A DNA stretch of 64,000 bases, from NCBI GenBank assembly GCA_963741945.1, contig CAVUKA010000003.1, forward strand, positions 352,001 to 416,000, read 5' to 3'. The translations under genes and the position numbers were made by a program. The notes beneath the pieces are model-generated. The model did not search any database, was not told where the DNA came from, and saw only the letters and a list, made by a program, of their open reading frames with translations. Source of the DNA: an uncultured Gemmatimonadales bacterium (GTDB lineage: Bacteria > Gemmatimonadota > Gemmatimonadetes > Longimicrobiales > RSA9). How positions within the stretch are numbered: position 1 is the first letter of the stretch; the number at the start of each line of letters is the position of its first letter. Positions 1 through 11,296 of this stretch are shown piece after piece.

Positions 1-386
1 CACTCCGCCGCGAAGCCGGCGGGCAGATGAACGATGTCCTTCCCCAGCAGTCCGTTGGCTGCGAGGATACCCCGCGAGTACTCGCTACGCCAGGTCCGGT
101 TCGCCAGCCGCAGAGCGATGCGCTTCCAGCGCGGCGACACCGGCCGCGGGAAGAGCACGGTCCTGCATCCACGGGCGAAGGGCTGGTCGGCCAGGAACCC
201 GTCGCGGGCCAGTCGGCGAGCCCAGCTGCCGGTATTGTTGATCGCCAGAACGTCACACCGGGTCCCGGTCCGGACGCCGTAGTTCGGCGCCATGTTGAAG
301 CGGACCACGCACCCGGCCGCCGCCACGTCGCCGGTGACATCCGGCCGCACCTCGCCGTTCCCGAGGATGAGGATGTCCGCACTCAA
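1..386 (-). CDS. GT29 (sialyltransferase-like) glycosyltransferase, 3'-truncated by window edge
   Basis: Not in ORF track. TTG start at 386 overlaps the TGA of the upstream GT2 (TTGA). Manual translation MSADILILGNGEVRPDVTGDVAAAGCVVRFNMAPNYGVRTGTRCDVLAINN resembles sialylmotif L (GNG...VVRFNxAP..G..TG). Frame is open to the edge. Confidence 0.6.
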   Translation of the reverse strand, partial: MSADILILGNGEVRPDVTGDVAAAGCVVRFNMAPNYGVRTGTRCDVLAINNTGSWARRLARDGFLADQPFARGCRTVLFPRPVSPRWKRIALRLANRTWRSEYSRGILAANGLLGKDIVHLPAGFAAE

Positions 387-1222
387 CCGACCGTCTCCCG
401 GATACCGAAGGATGTGCGGGTGCTGCGCCGCCGTCGCGTCTCCGCCCGGATCTCACGGTTCCGCTCCAGCATCTCCGCGTTCACGTAGCCCCGTGAATGG
501 TGGAGGTGCAGGCACTTGGCCCGGTACCGGATCCGCCGGGGACGCACACCGTTGTGCCGCAGCCGGTCCCCCATCTCCCCATCCTCGCCACCATAGCCCA
601 TGCGTTCATCGAAGCCGTTCACGGCCAGGATGTCCGCCTTCCAGCCCGAGGAGTTGTGGCCGTTCCAGGTGGGGGGCGTGGGCACCATGGCATCGAGGAG
701 CGCGGCCACCGGGCCCTCCGCCGTGAGCTTGAGCGTTCGTCTGGAGCGCCGCAATCCGCGCGCGCACAGCCAGCGCACGTCGAAGGCAGCGCCGGTCTCG
801 ATGGCCTCCCTGGAAATGGCGGCCGAAGTCTCAGGCGGCAGCTTCAAATACCCCCCCGAAAGGAACCGGCCGGGCCCCGCGAGGCGGCGGTGGACCTCCA
901 CGAAATCCCGTCGCGGAACGCAATCCCCGTCGCTCATGATCAGGTACTGGCCCCGGGCCTCCAGGATCGCCCGGTTCAGGATCCTGCACTTCCGGAATCC
1001 GCGGTCTTCCTGCCACACGTGCCGCAGCGCGAGCCCCGTTTCCCGGCGCACGGTCTCGATGCGGTCCCCCGTTTCCGCGGCGCGGCCGTCCTCGGCGATG
1101 ACGATCTCGAAATCCCGGTACGTCTGGGCGGTGTAGCCCCACAACACCCTCTCCAGGTAATCCGGGCTGTTGTAGGTCGAAAGGATGACCGTCAGGCTCG
1201 GATCCCGCATTCGGTCGCTCAC
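383..1222 (-). CDS. Glycosyltransferase family 2 with C-terminal galactosyltransferase (GT7C-like) domain
   Basis: VILSTYN, EIVIAEDG, DGDC (DxD), NGFDERMGYGGED motifs. Confidence 0.88.
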   Translation of the reverse strand: MSDRMRDPSLTVILSTYNSPDYLERVLWGYTAQTYRDFEIVIAEDGRAAETGDRIETVRRETGLALRHVWQEDRGFRKCRILNRAILEARGQYLIMSDGDCVPRRDFVEVHRRLAGPGRFLSGGYLKLPPETSAAISREAIETGAAFDVRWLCARGLRRSRRTLKLTAEGPVAALLDAMVPTPPTWNGHNSSGWKADILAVNGFDERMGYGGEDGEMGDRLRHNGVRPRRIRYRAKCLHLHHSRGYVNAEMLERNREIRAETRRRRSTRTSFGIRETVG

Positions 1223-1256
1223 TCCGCCGTTGACAACCTGGCCGCGTGGCCCGGCC

Positions 1257-3056
<1,800 letters not shown>

Positions 3057-3174
3057 GCGCTATCTGGCTCTGTACGGGTGGCTGCAGCCTTTGAAGATAG
3101 TGGAACGCACCGGCTCATGGGAGCCGGTGCGCCCCCGCCTCTCCGCCCGACCGGGGCTGACCGCCTGATCCGCG

Positions 3175-3375
3175 CTACCCGCCGTTCTCCGCGTACTTCC
3201 GGATGCGCCGGGCGGTGAACGCGCCCAGCGCCACAGCCACCACCAGGGCCGCGCCGGCCGCGATCCACCAGACCGCCTGGCCGACGGCGAGGGCGTGGCC
3301 GGCGAAGTAGGCGACGCAGACGGCGGCGGCAGCGACGGCGAGGGAGAGGATGGAGTCGATGAACTTGAGTCCCAT
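3175..3375 (-). CDS. Small two-TM membrane protein (66 aa), hypothetical
   Basis: ATG at 3375: MGLKFIDSILSLAVAAAAVCVAYFAG...WWIAAGAALVVAVALG. Two hydrophobic stretches then a basic tail; co-oriented with neighbours. Confidence 0.65.
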   Translation of the reverse strand: MGLKFIDSILSLAVAAAAVCVAYFAGHALAVGQAVWWIAAGAALVVAVALGAFTARRIRKYAENGG

Positions 3376-3413
3376 GGCTGATCCCGGTGGGTGTGGTTCC
3401 GAGTGCGAGCCCG

Positions 3414-5003
3414 TCAGCGGGCCCGGGTCATCCGTCGGACCTCGGCCAGACCGTCGCTGGTCCAGCGTGGCGGCTCGGGGTCGTTGGCGATGCGGTCGGC
3501 GAGGAGGAAGACGAGCCGTGCCACGCGTGCATTCTTGTCGGCATCGATCGTTTCCACCTCGTCGCCCGGGCGATGATAATCGTCGTGAGTACCGGCGAAG
3601 AAGAAGAGGGCCGGGACCTCCTTCGCGGCGAAGCTGAAATGGTCGCTCCGGAAAAAGAAGCGCTGTTCCGGCCACAGGTCGTCGGCCAGGGTGAGCCCGA
3701 GCGCAGGATGATCCCGGGCGACGGCGCGGGCCAGCTCCCCGAGGGAGGAGTAGTCCTGGCCGATGACCACGATGCTGTCCGGTGCGTTGCGCGCGATCAT
3801 GTCCAGATTCAGGTCGGCCACGATGCGCTCCATCGCGACCGTGGGATGATCTGCGAACCAGCGGGATCCGAGCAGGCCTTTCTCCTCGCCGCTGACGGTG
3901 AGGAAGAGCACGGACCTCTTCGGCGGCACGGGGAGCGACGCGAACGCCTGCGCGATCTCCAGCACGGCGGCCGTGCCCGAGGCATCGTCGTCCGCGCCGT
4001 TGTAGATGGAATCGCCGGCCACCGGACTACCCACGCCCAGGTGATCCATGTGCGCGGTCACGAGAACGTAGGTGTCGCGCAGCGCCGGATCGCTCCCGGG
4101 TAGCAGCGCCACCACGTTGGGGGCCTCGGCCCGGTCCAGGCGGCGGACGGGGGCACTCAGGGTCAGGGTCACGCCCGGAAGGGGGACGGCACGGCCGGCC
4201 CCGGACGCCAGGAGGGCGCCACCGTCCAGACCGGCTGCGCTGAAGAGTCGGAGCGCGGCCGTCCGGGCGAGAAAGAACGTCGGGGGCGGCGCGTTCGCGG
4301 CGGCGTTCCCTTCCTCATCCGGAGCACCGTAGACCCGGGCGGCGCGCGCGGCAGCTTCCGCCAGCGCACCGACCTCGCCCCCGGTCACGCGCTCATCCAG
4401 GAGGAAGACGACAGCGGCCGCGCCGGCCGCACCGGCCTCATCCACGGCCGCGGCAATGGCCTGCCGCGTATCCCGCGGGAAGCGGAAGCCGCGGCGTCCG
4501 GGCTCGGGGGCGCCGTCCAGGGGGACGAGGGCCACCCGTCCACGCACACCATCCTCCCGCGCACCCGCGAGGCCGCCGGCAGTGCGGACGAAGACGGCGC
4601 CCGCCCGGACTTCGGGCCCGGCGGCGGGCAGGGCGTAGTAATCGGCGCCGAACTCGAGCGAGCGCGTGCCGCCCGCGCTGATGTGGAAGCGTGCGCGGGC
4701 CACATCCAGCGCTTGCAGCGGGTACGCGTAGCGCTGGAGCCACCCGTCCGTGCCGGCGGGCTGCAGACCGAAGGCCGCGAACTCCCGGGCGATCCAGGCG
4801 GCGGCCGAGTCCAGTCCGGGGCTCGGCGTGTCACGACCGCGGAACGCGTCACTGGCCAGCACCGCGACGCGGTCGTGGATGTGAGCGGGCGTGATGGTGG
4901 CGGCGGCGCGATCGAGCGCCGGGCGCAGGGACGGGTCGCGGACGAAGCGGGGGGCGCACGCGGCGAGTGCCACGAGGACGAGAACGGCTCGAGCGTGTCG
5001 CAT
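3414..5003 (-). CDS. M28 family metallopeptidase, predicted lipoprotein
   Basis: Lipobox [38 protein letters not shown]. Start reassigned to ATG 5003. Confidence 0.9.
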   Translation of the reverse strand: MRHARAVLVLVALAACAPRFVRDPSLRPALDRAAATITPAHIHDRVAVLASDAFRGRDTPSPGLDSAAAWIAREFAAFGLQPAGTDGWLQRYAYPLQALDVARARFHISAGGTRSLEFGADYYALPAAGPEVRAGAVFVRTAGGLAGAREDGVRGRVALVPLDGAPEPGRRGFRFPRDTRQAIAAAVDEAGAAGAAAVVFLLDERVTGGEVGALAEAAARAARVYGAPDEEGNAAANAPPPTFFLARTAALRLFSAAGLDGGALLASGAGRAVPLPGVTLTLSAPVRRLDRAEAPNVVALLPGSDPALRDTYVLVTAHMDHLGVGSPVAGDSIYNGADDDASGTAAVLEIAQAFASLPVPPKRSVLFLTVSGEEKGLLGSRWFADHPTVAMERIVADLNLDMIARNAPDSIVVIGQDYSSLGELARAVARDHPALGLTLADDLWPEQRFFFRSDHFSFAAKEVPALFFFAGTHDDYHRPGDEVETIDADKNARVARLVFLLADRIANDPEPPRWTSDGLAEVRRMTRAR

Positions 5004-5008
5004 CGGTC

Positions 5009-6106
5009 TCAGAGTTCGGGCGTGATGGGCCAGAGGGCCTGTCCGGCGGCCGTCGTCACGGTGCGCACCTGCGCACCGTGCTCCTTGAGCACAACCAGCT
5101 GGACGTCCTGGGCGGACGTGCCGTATCCACCCACCTCCTTGAAGCGGAGCGGCATCCGGATGACCCAGCGCTCGACGATCCACACGCCCGCCGGGAGCCG
5201 GGTGAAATCCACGCGGCCGCCTGCTTGCGCCCAGTCGCCGTGGCCGAAGGGGAGTCCGCGATAGGTGAAGTCCAGGCGACGCAGCTCAGCGCTCCCACGC
5301 TCCAGCCACAACACGCCCTCCACCTCGGCGACCGTGCGGCCGGGCAGCGGCTCGAAGCCCAGTCCGATCAGCTCGCGCTCCCGCGCCGGTGGTGCACGGA
5401 TCGTGAAGCAGTGCGTGTCCAGAAAGGAATCCGAGAGCAGCACCTCCGCGTCCGGAGCGTAGTAGTCCACGCTGCCGTCGTCCGCCTGGCGAACGTATCC
5501 ACCGTGCGCCAGCGAGTCGGCCGGGATGCTGCGGTACATGCTGCTGGAAGAGACGCCCGCCCTCGGCCGTTCCACGAGCTCACTGATTTCGCCCGTGCGG
5601 GCGTCCACGACCCGGTCGAACTCCACGGCCCGGAATCGGAAGACCCGCTCCTGCTCGCCCCAGCGCGTGACCTCGAGCGCTTTGCGGGCTTCGTCCCAGA
5701 GCCGGGCCATGGCACCGCCGTCCGAAGGGCGACGCCGGCACCGCGCGCCGGTCTCGACTTCAATGCCCTCCAGCGTCACGGCTTCGATGGGCACCGCGAG
5801 CTCCCGCCGCACCGTGGCACCCGCCTCCAGTGTGAACGGCTCGGTCCGGGCCGTGCTGTGGCCGATGAGCTCGGCCAGGACGCGGAAGCGGCCGGGGGCG
5901 CCACGCAGGAAAAAGGTCCCGTCCATCCCCGTCAGCACGCCCTGGCGCCGCACGCCGTCCTCCGTCTGGAGCACTACGAAGACGCCCTCGAGCGGACGGA
6001 GCGTCCCCTCTTCCGTCACACGCCCCACCACCGTCTGCGCGGCAGTGGGGCTGACGACGGCGAAGAGCGCCAGGAGGACCGGGGCCACGAAGGCCAGGCG
6101 TCGCAT
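5009..6106 (-). CDS. Secreted protein with carboxypeptidase regulatory-like (CarboxypepD_reg) N-terminal domain
   Basis: Signal peptide ending AAAQ, then VVGRVTEE...PLEGVFV...TGMDGTF pattern. Confidence 0.7.
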   Translation of the reverse strand: MRRLAFVAPVLLALFAVVSPTAAQTVVGRVTEEGTLRPLEGVFVVLQTEDGVRRQGVLTGMDGTFFLRGAPGRFRVLAELIGHSTARTEPFTLEAGATVRRELAVPIEAVTLEGIEVETGARCRRRPSDGGAMARLWDEARKALEVTRWGEQERVFRFRAVEFDRVVDARTGEISELVERPRAGVSSSSMYRSIPADSLAHGGYVRQADDGSVDYYAPDAEVLLSDSFLDTHCFTIRAPPARERELIGLGFEPLPGRTVAEVEGVLWLERGSAELRRLDFTYRGLPFGHGDWAQAGGRVDFTRLPAGVWIVERWVIRMPLRFKEVGGYGTSAQDVQLVVLKEHGAQVRTVTTAAGQALWPITPEL

Positions 6107-6175
6107 GGAATCCATGCCCGCATGTTGCACACACGCGACGCCACTTGTCCAGAGCGACCGCGCCGGAGAGCCGGA

Positions 6176-6203
6176 TTGACGCGAGTAGCACCTCCGTTAG
6201 CTT
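6176..6203 (+). promoter_or_regulatory. Candidate sigma70 promoter of mfd
   Basis: TTGACG-16bp-TAGCTT about 40 nt before the ATG. Confidence 0.4.
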
Positions 6204-6244
6204 CAGCCGACCATGGAGATCGCACGGCAGGGAGCGCGCGCCTG

Positions 6245-9200
6245 ATGCACCCGGTGATCCTGGACGCGGTCCGGAAGCAGCCGGCATACCGATCGTTGCG
6301 GGATGGCCTTCCGGGGCCAGGAATGACCCGGACGGTGGCGAACCTCCCCGGCTCGCTCCCGGCCGCGCTCGCCGCTGCGCTCGCGCGCGACCTGGAGCGG
6401 CGGATGTGGGTGGTGGTGGCCAGTGACCCGCCGGAAGCGGAGACGGTGGAGTCCGACCTGGCGACGCTGCTGGAGGAGGGGGAGAGCGCGCTCTATCCGC
6501 AGCGCGAGGCGCTCCCGTTCGAGGCGGAAGAGCACCATGTGGAAGTGAGCGGCCAGCGGGTGGAAGCGCTGGAGGCGCTGCTTTCCGGGCGTGTCCGCGT
6601 GCTGGTCACCACTGCGCGTGCGGTGCAGGAGCGGGAGCGGATCCCGGAGGCGCTGGCCCAGCTCCGCATGAGCATCCGGGTCGGCGAGACCATCCGACCG
6701 GCGGACCTGGGCACGCGTCTCGAGGACATGGGGTTCGAACGCGCCGGGCTGGTGGAGCAGGTCGGGGAATACGCGGTGCGGGGCGGGATCGTGGACCTGT
6801 TCAGCTTCGGAGCCGAGGACCCCGTTCGGCTGGAGTTCTGGGGAGATGAGGTCTCGTCCATCCGCCGCTTCGACGTCCTCGACCAGCGCTCCACGCGGAC
6901 GCTCGACGCCGTCGACATCCTGCCGGTGGAGCTGAAGCTCGCGGCCACGGGCGCAACCGCGCGCCGCTCGCTCCTCGACATCCTCCCCCGCGACGCGGTG
7001 ATGCTGCAGCTCCACCCCGGCAGCGACACGCTCTTCGACGCAGCCTGGCGCAAGCTTCTGGAGCTCCATGCAGTGGAACAGCGGCGGGGACGCGCGCCCG
7101 AAGCTCCCGAGCAGCTGCTGCTGCCGCCGGACGAGGTCCGTGCCCGGCTGACGGAGCTCGGCCGGATCGCGTGCGCAGAGGACGGTGAGCTGCGTTTCGA
7201 CGCCCGCCCGCCGGAACCGGTGGATCGCGACACCGGTCGCCTGGCGAAGCTCCTGCAAACCGCCGCCGCCCGGGCGGAGCGGACACTCATCCTGTGCGAC
7301 AACACGGGACAGATGGAGCGGCTGGAGGAGCTTCTGGGCGGCGCTCGACAGCTCCCGACCGGAACCACGCTGGCCCTCGGCACCCTCACCGGCGGCTTCG
7401 TCCTGGAAGGACCCGAGCCGGTCCGCGTTCTGACGGACCATGAAGTGTTCCGGCGCGCCCGGCGCGTCCGCCGGGGCCGCCGCTTCCGGGGCGGTGGCGC
7501 CATCGAGAGCCTGAGTCAGCTGCAGCCTGGCGACTACGTGGTCCACATGGATCACGGCATCGGCCGGTTCCGCGGGCTCGAGCGCGTCACGGTGGGGGAC
7601 ACCACGATCGAATCGCTGGCCGTCGAATACGCCGGCGACGAGGTGCTGCGCGTCCCCGTCTATCGCCTGGACCTTGTGGAGCGCTGGGTCCCCGAGCGCG
7701 ACGAGGCGGAGCCGCCGTCGCTGCACAAGATCGGCGGAAAGACCTGGAGAAAGCTGAAGCAGCGGACCCAGGAGGCCATCGAGAAGATGGCGCTGGAGCT
7801 GCTCGAGCTCTACGCCGCCCGGGAAATGGCCGAGCGCCCGCCCTACCCGCCGGACACGCGCTGGCAGAAGGAGATGGAGAGCGCGTTCCTGTACGAGGAC
7901 ACGCCGGACCAGCGCACCACGACCGAGGCCGTGAAGGGGGACATGGAGTCGTCACGACCCATGGACCGGCTGGTCATCGGGGATGTGGGCTACGGCAAGA
8001 CCGAAGTGGCGATCCGGGCGGCGTTCAAGGCGGTGCAGGACGGCCGGCAGGTGGCGGTTCTGGCCCCCACCACCATCCTCGTGGAGCAGCACCTCCACAC
8101 GTTCCGGGAGCGCCTCGCGGACTACCCCGTGCGCATCGAGGCGCTGAGTCGCTTCCGCACGCCCCGGCAACAGGAAGCGATCCTGGCCGACCTGCTGGCC
8201 GGCGAGGTCGATGTGGTGGTGGGCACGCACCGGCTGCTCCAGTCGGACGTGGAGTTCCAGAACCTCGGCCTGCTCGTGGTGGACGAGGAGCAGCGTTTCG
8301 GTGTGAAGCAGAAGGAACGGCTCAAGGAGCTGAAGCGGAACATCGACGTGCTGGCGCTCACGGCCACACCCATTCCGCGGACGCTCCACCTGTCGCTGGC
8401 CGGGCTGCGCGACCTCTCGCTCATGGAGACGCCGCCGCGGGACCGCATGCCGATCATCACCCACGTGGTTCCCTGGATCGACGAGGTGATCCGCGACGCC
8501 ATCCTGCGCGAGCTGGACCGTGGCGGGCAGGTGTTCGTGGTCCACAACCGCATCGAGTCGCTGGCAGCCGTCGCCGAGCGGGTGAAGCGACTCGTGCCGG
8601 ACACCGCGGAAGTGGACACGGCCCACGGTCAGATGACGCCGCGGGACCTGGACCACGTGATGGCGCGCTTCCTGGAGCGAACGTTCCACGTCCTGGTCAC
8701 GACGGCCATCATCGAGAACGGCCTGGACGTGCCCACGGCCAACACGCTCATCGTGGACCGCGCCGACATGTTCGGGCTCAGTCAGCTGTACCAGCTGCGA
8801 GGACGGGTAGGGCGCTCGCATCACCGCGCGTTCTGCTACCTGGTCGCGCCCGAGGGGATCACGCTGGATGCGGAGCGGCGGCTCCGGATCCTGGAGCACC
8901 ACACCGAGCTGGGCAGCGGCTACGCCATCGCCCTCAAGGATCTCGAGATGCGCGGCGCCGGGAACATCCTCGGCGCGGACCAGTCCGGGCACATCCACGC
9001 GGTCGGCGTCGATACGTACACGCGGATGCTGGAAAAGACCGTGGCGCGGCTGAAGGGGGCCGAGGAGCACGAGCAGTATCCGGCGCCGGACGTGAGCATG
9101 GAAGGGCCGGCCTACCTGCCGGACCGTTACATCGCGAACTCCGCCGAGAAGCTCCACCTCTACCGCCGGCTGTCGCGGGCGGACCGCGTCGAAGACGTCG

Positions 9201-9517
9201 TGGCGCTGTCGTCGGAAGTGAAGGACCGGTTCGGCCCGCCACCGCCGGAAGTCCGGCGACTGCTCGATTCCGCCCGGCTCCGGCTGCTCGGACAGACCCT
9301 GGGCGTGGACCGCATCACGCTCCGCGAAGACCGGGCCCGCCTCTCTTTCCGTCGCGACGTGGTGCCCCGGCTGACCGCGCTCCAGTCCGCCATGCACGGC
9401 AGTCAGATCGATGTCGAAGTCCGGCGCACGGACCCTCTCAGTCTGGTCCTCCACCGCCTCGGCGCGGCACCACTCGCCCACGCGGTGGCGGAAGCGCTCA
9501 CGCTGCTGGCGGCTTAG
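6245..9517 (+). CDS. mfd: Transcription-repair coupling factor
   Basis: VRGGIVDLF, GDYVVHMDHGIG (CarD-like RID), GDVGYGKT, DEEQRFG, QLRGRVGR, TRCF C-terminus. Start at ATG 6245. Confidence 0.98.
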   Translation: MHPVILDAVRKQPAYRSLRDGLPGPGMTRTVANLPGSLPAALAAALARDLERRMWVVVASDPPEAETVESDLATLLEEGESALYPQREALPFEAEEHHVEVSGQRVEALEALLSGRVRVLVTTARAVQERERIPEALAQLRMSIRVGETIRPADLGTRLEDMGFERAGLVEQVGEYAVRGGIVDLFSFGAEDPVRLEFWGDEVSSIRRFDVLDQRSTRTLDAVDILPVELKLAATGATARRSLLDILPRDAVMLQLHPGSDTLFDAAWRKLLELHAVEQRRGRAPEAPEQLLLPPDEVRARLTELGRIACAEDGELRFDARPPEPVDRDTGRLAKLLQTAAARAERTLILCDNTGQMERLEELLGGARQLPTGTTLALGTLTGGFVLEGPEPVRVLTDHEVFRRARRVRRGRRFRGGGAIESLSQLQPGDYVVHMDHGIGRFRGLERVTVGDTTIESLAVEYAGDEVLRVPVYRLDLVERWVPERDEAEPPSLHKIGGKTWRKLKQRTQEAIEKMALELLELYAAREMAERPPYPPDTRWQKEMESAFLYEDTPDQRTTTEAVKGDMESSRPMDRLVIGDVGYGKTEVAIRAAFKAVQDGRQVAVLAPTTILVEQHLHTFRERLADYPVRIEALSRFRTPRQQEAILADLLAGEVDVVVGTHRLLQSDVEFQNLGLLVVDEEQRFGVKQKERLKELKRNIDVLALTATPIPRTLHLSLAGLRDLSLMETPPRDRMPIITHVVPWIDEVIRDAILRELDRGGQVFVVHNRIESLAAVAERVKRLVPDTAEVDTAHGQMTPRDLDHVMARFLERTFHVLVTTAIIENGLDVPTANTLIVDRADMFGLSQLYQLRGRVGRSHHRAFCYLVAPEGITLDAERRLRILEHHTELGSGYAIALKDLEMRGAGNILGADQSGHIHAVGVDTYTRMLEKTVARLKGAEEHEQYPAPDVSMEGPAYLPDRYIANSAEKLHLYRRLSRADRVEDVVALSSEVKDRFGPPPPEVRRLLDSARLRLLGQTLGVDRITLREDRARLSFRRDVVPRLTALQSAMHGSQIDVEVRRTDPLSLVLHRLGAAPLAHAVAEALTLLAA

Positions 9518-9661
9518 GCGTTCACCGGCCCACGCGGCCGGCGTCGGGACGCGCGCGTGTCCATTCCGGGACAACCCCGGACAGGAGGCGCGGGACCGGC
9601 CGCGGCGGCGCGCGAAGGGCGTTCACAGGGGGTCTCGCGGGGTACACCGCCTGCCTGGCAG

Positions 9662-9690
9662 TTGAACGCGCGCGCTCGCTCCGGTATTTT
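9662..9690 (+). promoter_or_regulatory. Candidate sigma70 promoter of the PPIase-surA-pdxA-ftsEX operon
   Basis: TTGAAC-17bp-TATTTT, followed by GAGGAG RBS and ATG 9722. Confidence 0.5.
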
Positions 9691-9721
9691 GCCGCGGCTG
9701 AATCCCATCCGAGGAGACACG

Positions 9722-11215
9722 ATGAAGCGATACCTGGCGCTGGGCCTGTTGACCTTGACGGCGGCCGCCGTCGGTTGCGAAGGCTTCGGCAACGCCATGA
9801 CGGCCCACACGGACGTGGTCGCGCGAGCGGCCGGGCACGAGCTCACCGTTAGCGACGTGGTCGACCTGCTCGCCGGTCAACCCCGCATTCCCGCCACCAC
9901 CGAGGTGGTCGGGTCGGTGGCGGACCTGTGGGTGGACTACACCCTTCTGGCGGAGGCGCTGGCGCACGACAGCACGCTGTCGCAGCTGGACCTCACGCCC
10001 ATGATCCGGCAGTACGTGGAGCAGAAGACGTTCACGCAGCTCCGCGACTCCCTGATGACCGCCGACACGGTGTTCACGGAAGCCCAGCTGCGTGAGATGT
10101 TCGACCAGCAGGCGCCCGGGCTGCGGGTGCACGCGCGTCACATCCTGCTCACCTTCCCCGACAGCGCCACGCAGGAGCAGCGTGACAGCGTGTGGGCGCT
10201 GGCGCGGGAGATCCGGGAACGTGCGGTGTCGGGCGAGGACTTCGCGAAGCTGGCGCGCGAGTACAGCCAGGACCCGGGCAGCGCGCAGCAGGGCGGCGAC
10301 CTGGGCTGGTTCGAGGCGGGCAGCATGGTGAAGCCGTTCGAAGAAGCGGCGTTCAAGCTGAAGCCGGGTGAGATCAGCCCGGTCACCGAGACGCTGTTCG
10401 GGCTGCATATCATCAAGGTGGAGGAGCGGCAGACGCCCTCCTTCGAGGAGCAGGCGCCGCAGTTCCGGCGCCAGATCGTGGCCCAGAGGCAGCAGGAGGC
10501 ACTCCGGAACTACGTGGACTCCCTCACGGGGCCGGCGGGCCTCGAAGTTCAGACGGGGGCCTACGACGTGGCCCGGGACCTGGCATCCAACCCCTCGCAG
10601 AAGCTGAGCGGCCGCGCCGGCTCCCGCGCGCTCGTGACGTGGAACGGCGGTGAGCTGTCGGCCGCGGAGTTCCAGCGCTTCATGCGACGGCTGCCGCCGC
10701 AGCAGCGTGCGCAGTTCGCGTCCGCGCAGGACCAGCAGCTCGAGAGCGTGCTGAAGGACATCGCCACGAACGAGCTCGTACTGGCCGACGCGGAGAAGCG
10801 CGGGATCACCGTGCCGCCGGCGGAGCGGGATTCGCTGACCACCGTGATGCGCCAGCAGATCGTCCAGGTGGCCGAGCAGTCCGGGCTCGCCGGGGCCCCC
10901 GGCGAAGGGGAAATGGCCTCTCAGGCCGTGGAGCGCCGCGTCCACTCGCTCATCCAGGGCATCGTCGCGGGCCAGCAGGGCGTGCTTCCTCTCGGGCCGC
11001 TCTCCTACATCCTCCGGCAGAACGCCGAGTGGAGGATCTACGAGCGGGCTTTCCCCGACGTGGTGGAGAAGCTGAACGCCAGGCGCGAGGAGGCATCGGG
11101 CCAGAACGCCCAGCCGATGCCGCCGCTGCCGGGTACTGATACCGGCGCGGCCGTTCCGGAGGGGGGCGCCGCAGCCCCGCAGCCGGAAGTGCCGGCGAGG
11201 GACAGCGGCCAGTGA
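9722..11215 (+). CDS. Parvulin-type peptidyl-prolyl isomerase (PrsA/PpiD-like lipoprotein)
   Basis: Signal/lipobox [39 protein letters not shown]. Confidence 0.92.
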   Translation: MKRYLALGLLTLTAAAVGCEGFGNAMTAHTDVVARAAGHELTVSDVVDLLAGQPRIPATTEVVGSVADLWVDYTLLAEALAHDSTLSQLDLTPMIRQYVEQKTFTQLRDSLMTADTVFTEAQLREMFDQQAPGLRVHARHILLTFPDSATQEQRDSVWALAREIRERAVSGEDFAKLAREYSQDPGSAQQGGDLGWFEAGSMVKPFEEAAFKLKPGEISPVTETLFGLHIIKVEERQTPSFEEQAPQFRRQIVAQRQQEALRNYVDSLTGPAGLEVQTGAYDVARDLASNPSQKLSGRAGSRALVTWNGGELSAAEFQRFMRRLPPQQRAQFASAQDQQLESVLKDIATNELVLADAEKRGITVPPAERDSLTTVMRQQIVQVAEQSGLAGAPGEGEMASQAVERRVHSLIQGIVAGQQGVLPLGPLSYILRQNAEWRIYERAFPDVVEKLNARREEASGQNAQPMPPLPGTDTGAAVPEGGAAAPQPEVPARDSGQ

Positions 11216-11296
11216 GGAACTCGCGCTCGCTGCGGGAATACTAACAAGCGGGCCGGCCGGTGTGGCCGGCCCGTGCGTTTCCAGGGGTGTGAGAGC

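Noticed and set aside
4967..6244. 426-aa N-terminal extension of Mfd in the ORF track
   Set aside because: It overlaps a real minus-strand gene; a promoter-like element and Mfd similarity point to the start at 6245
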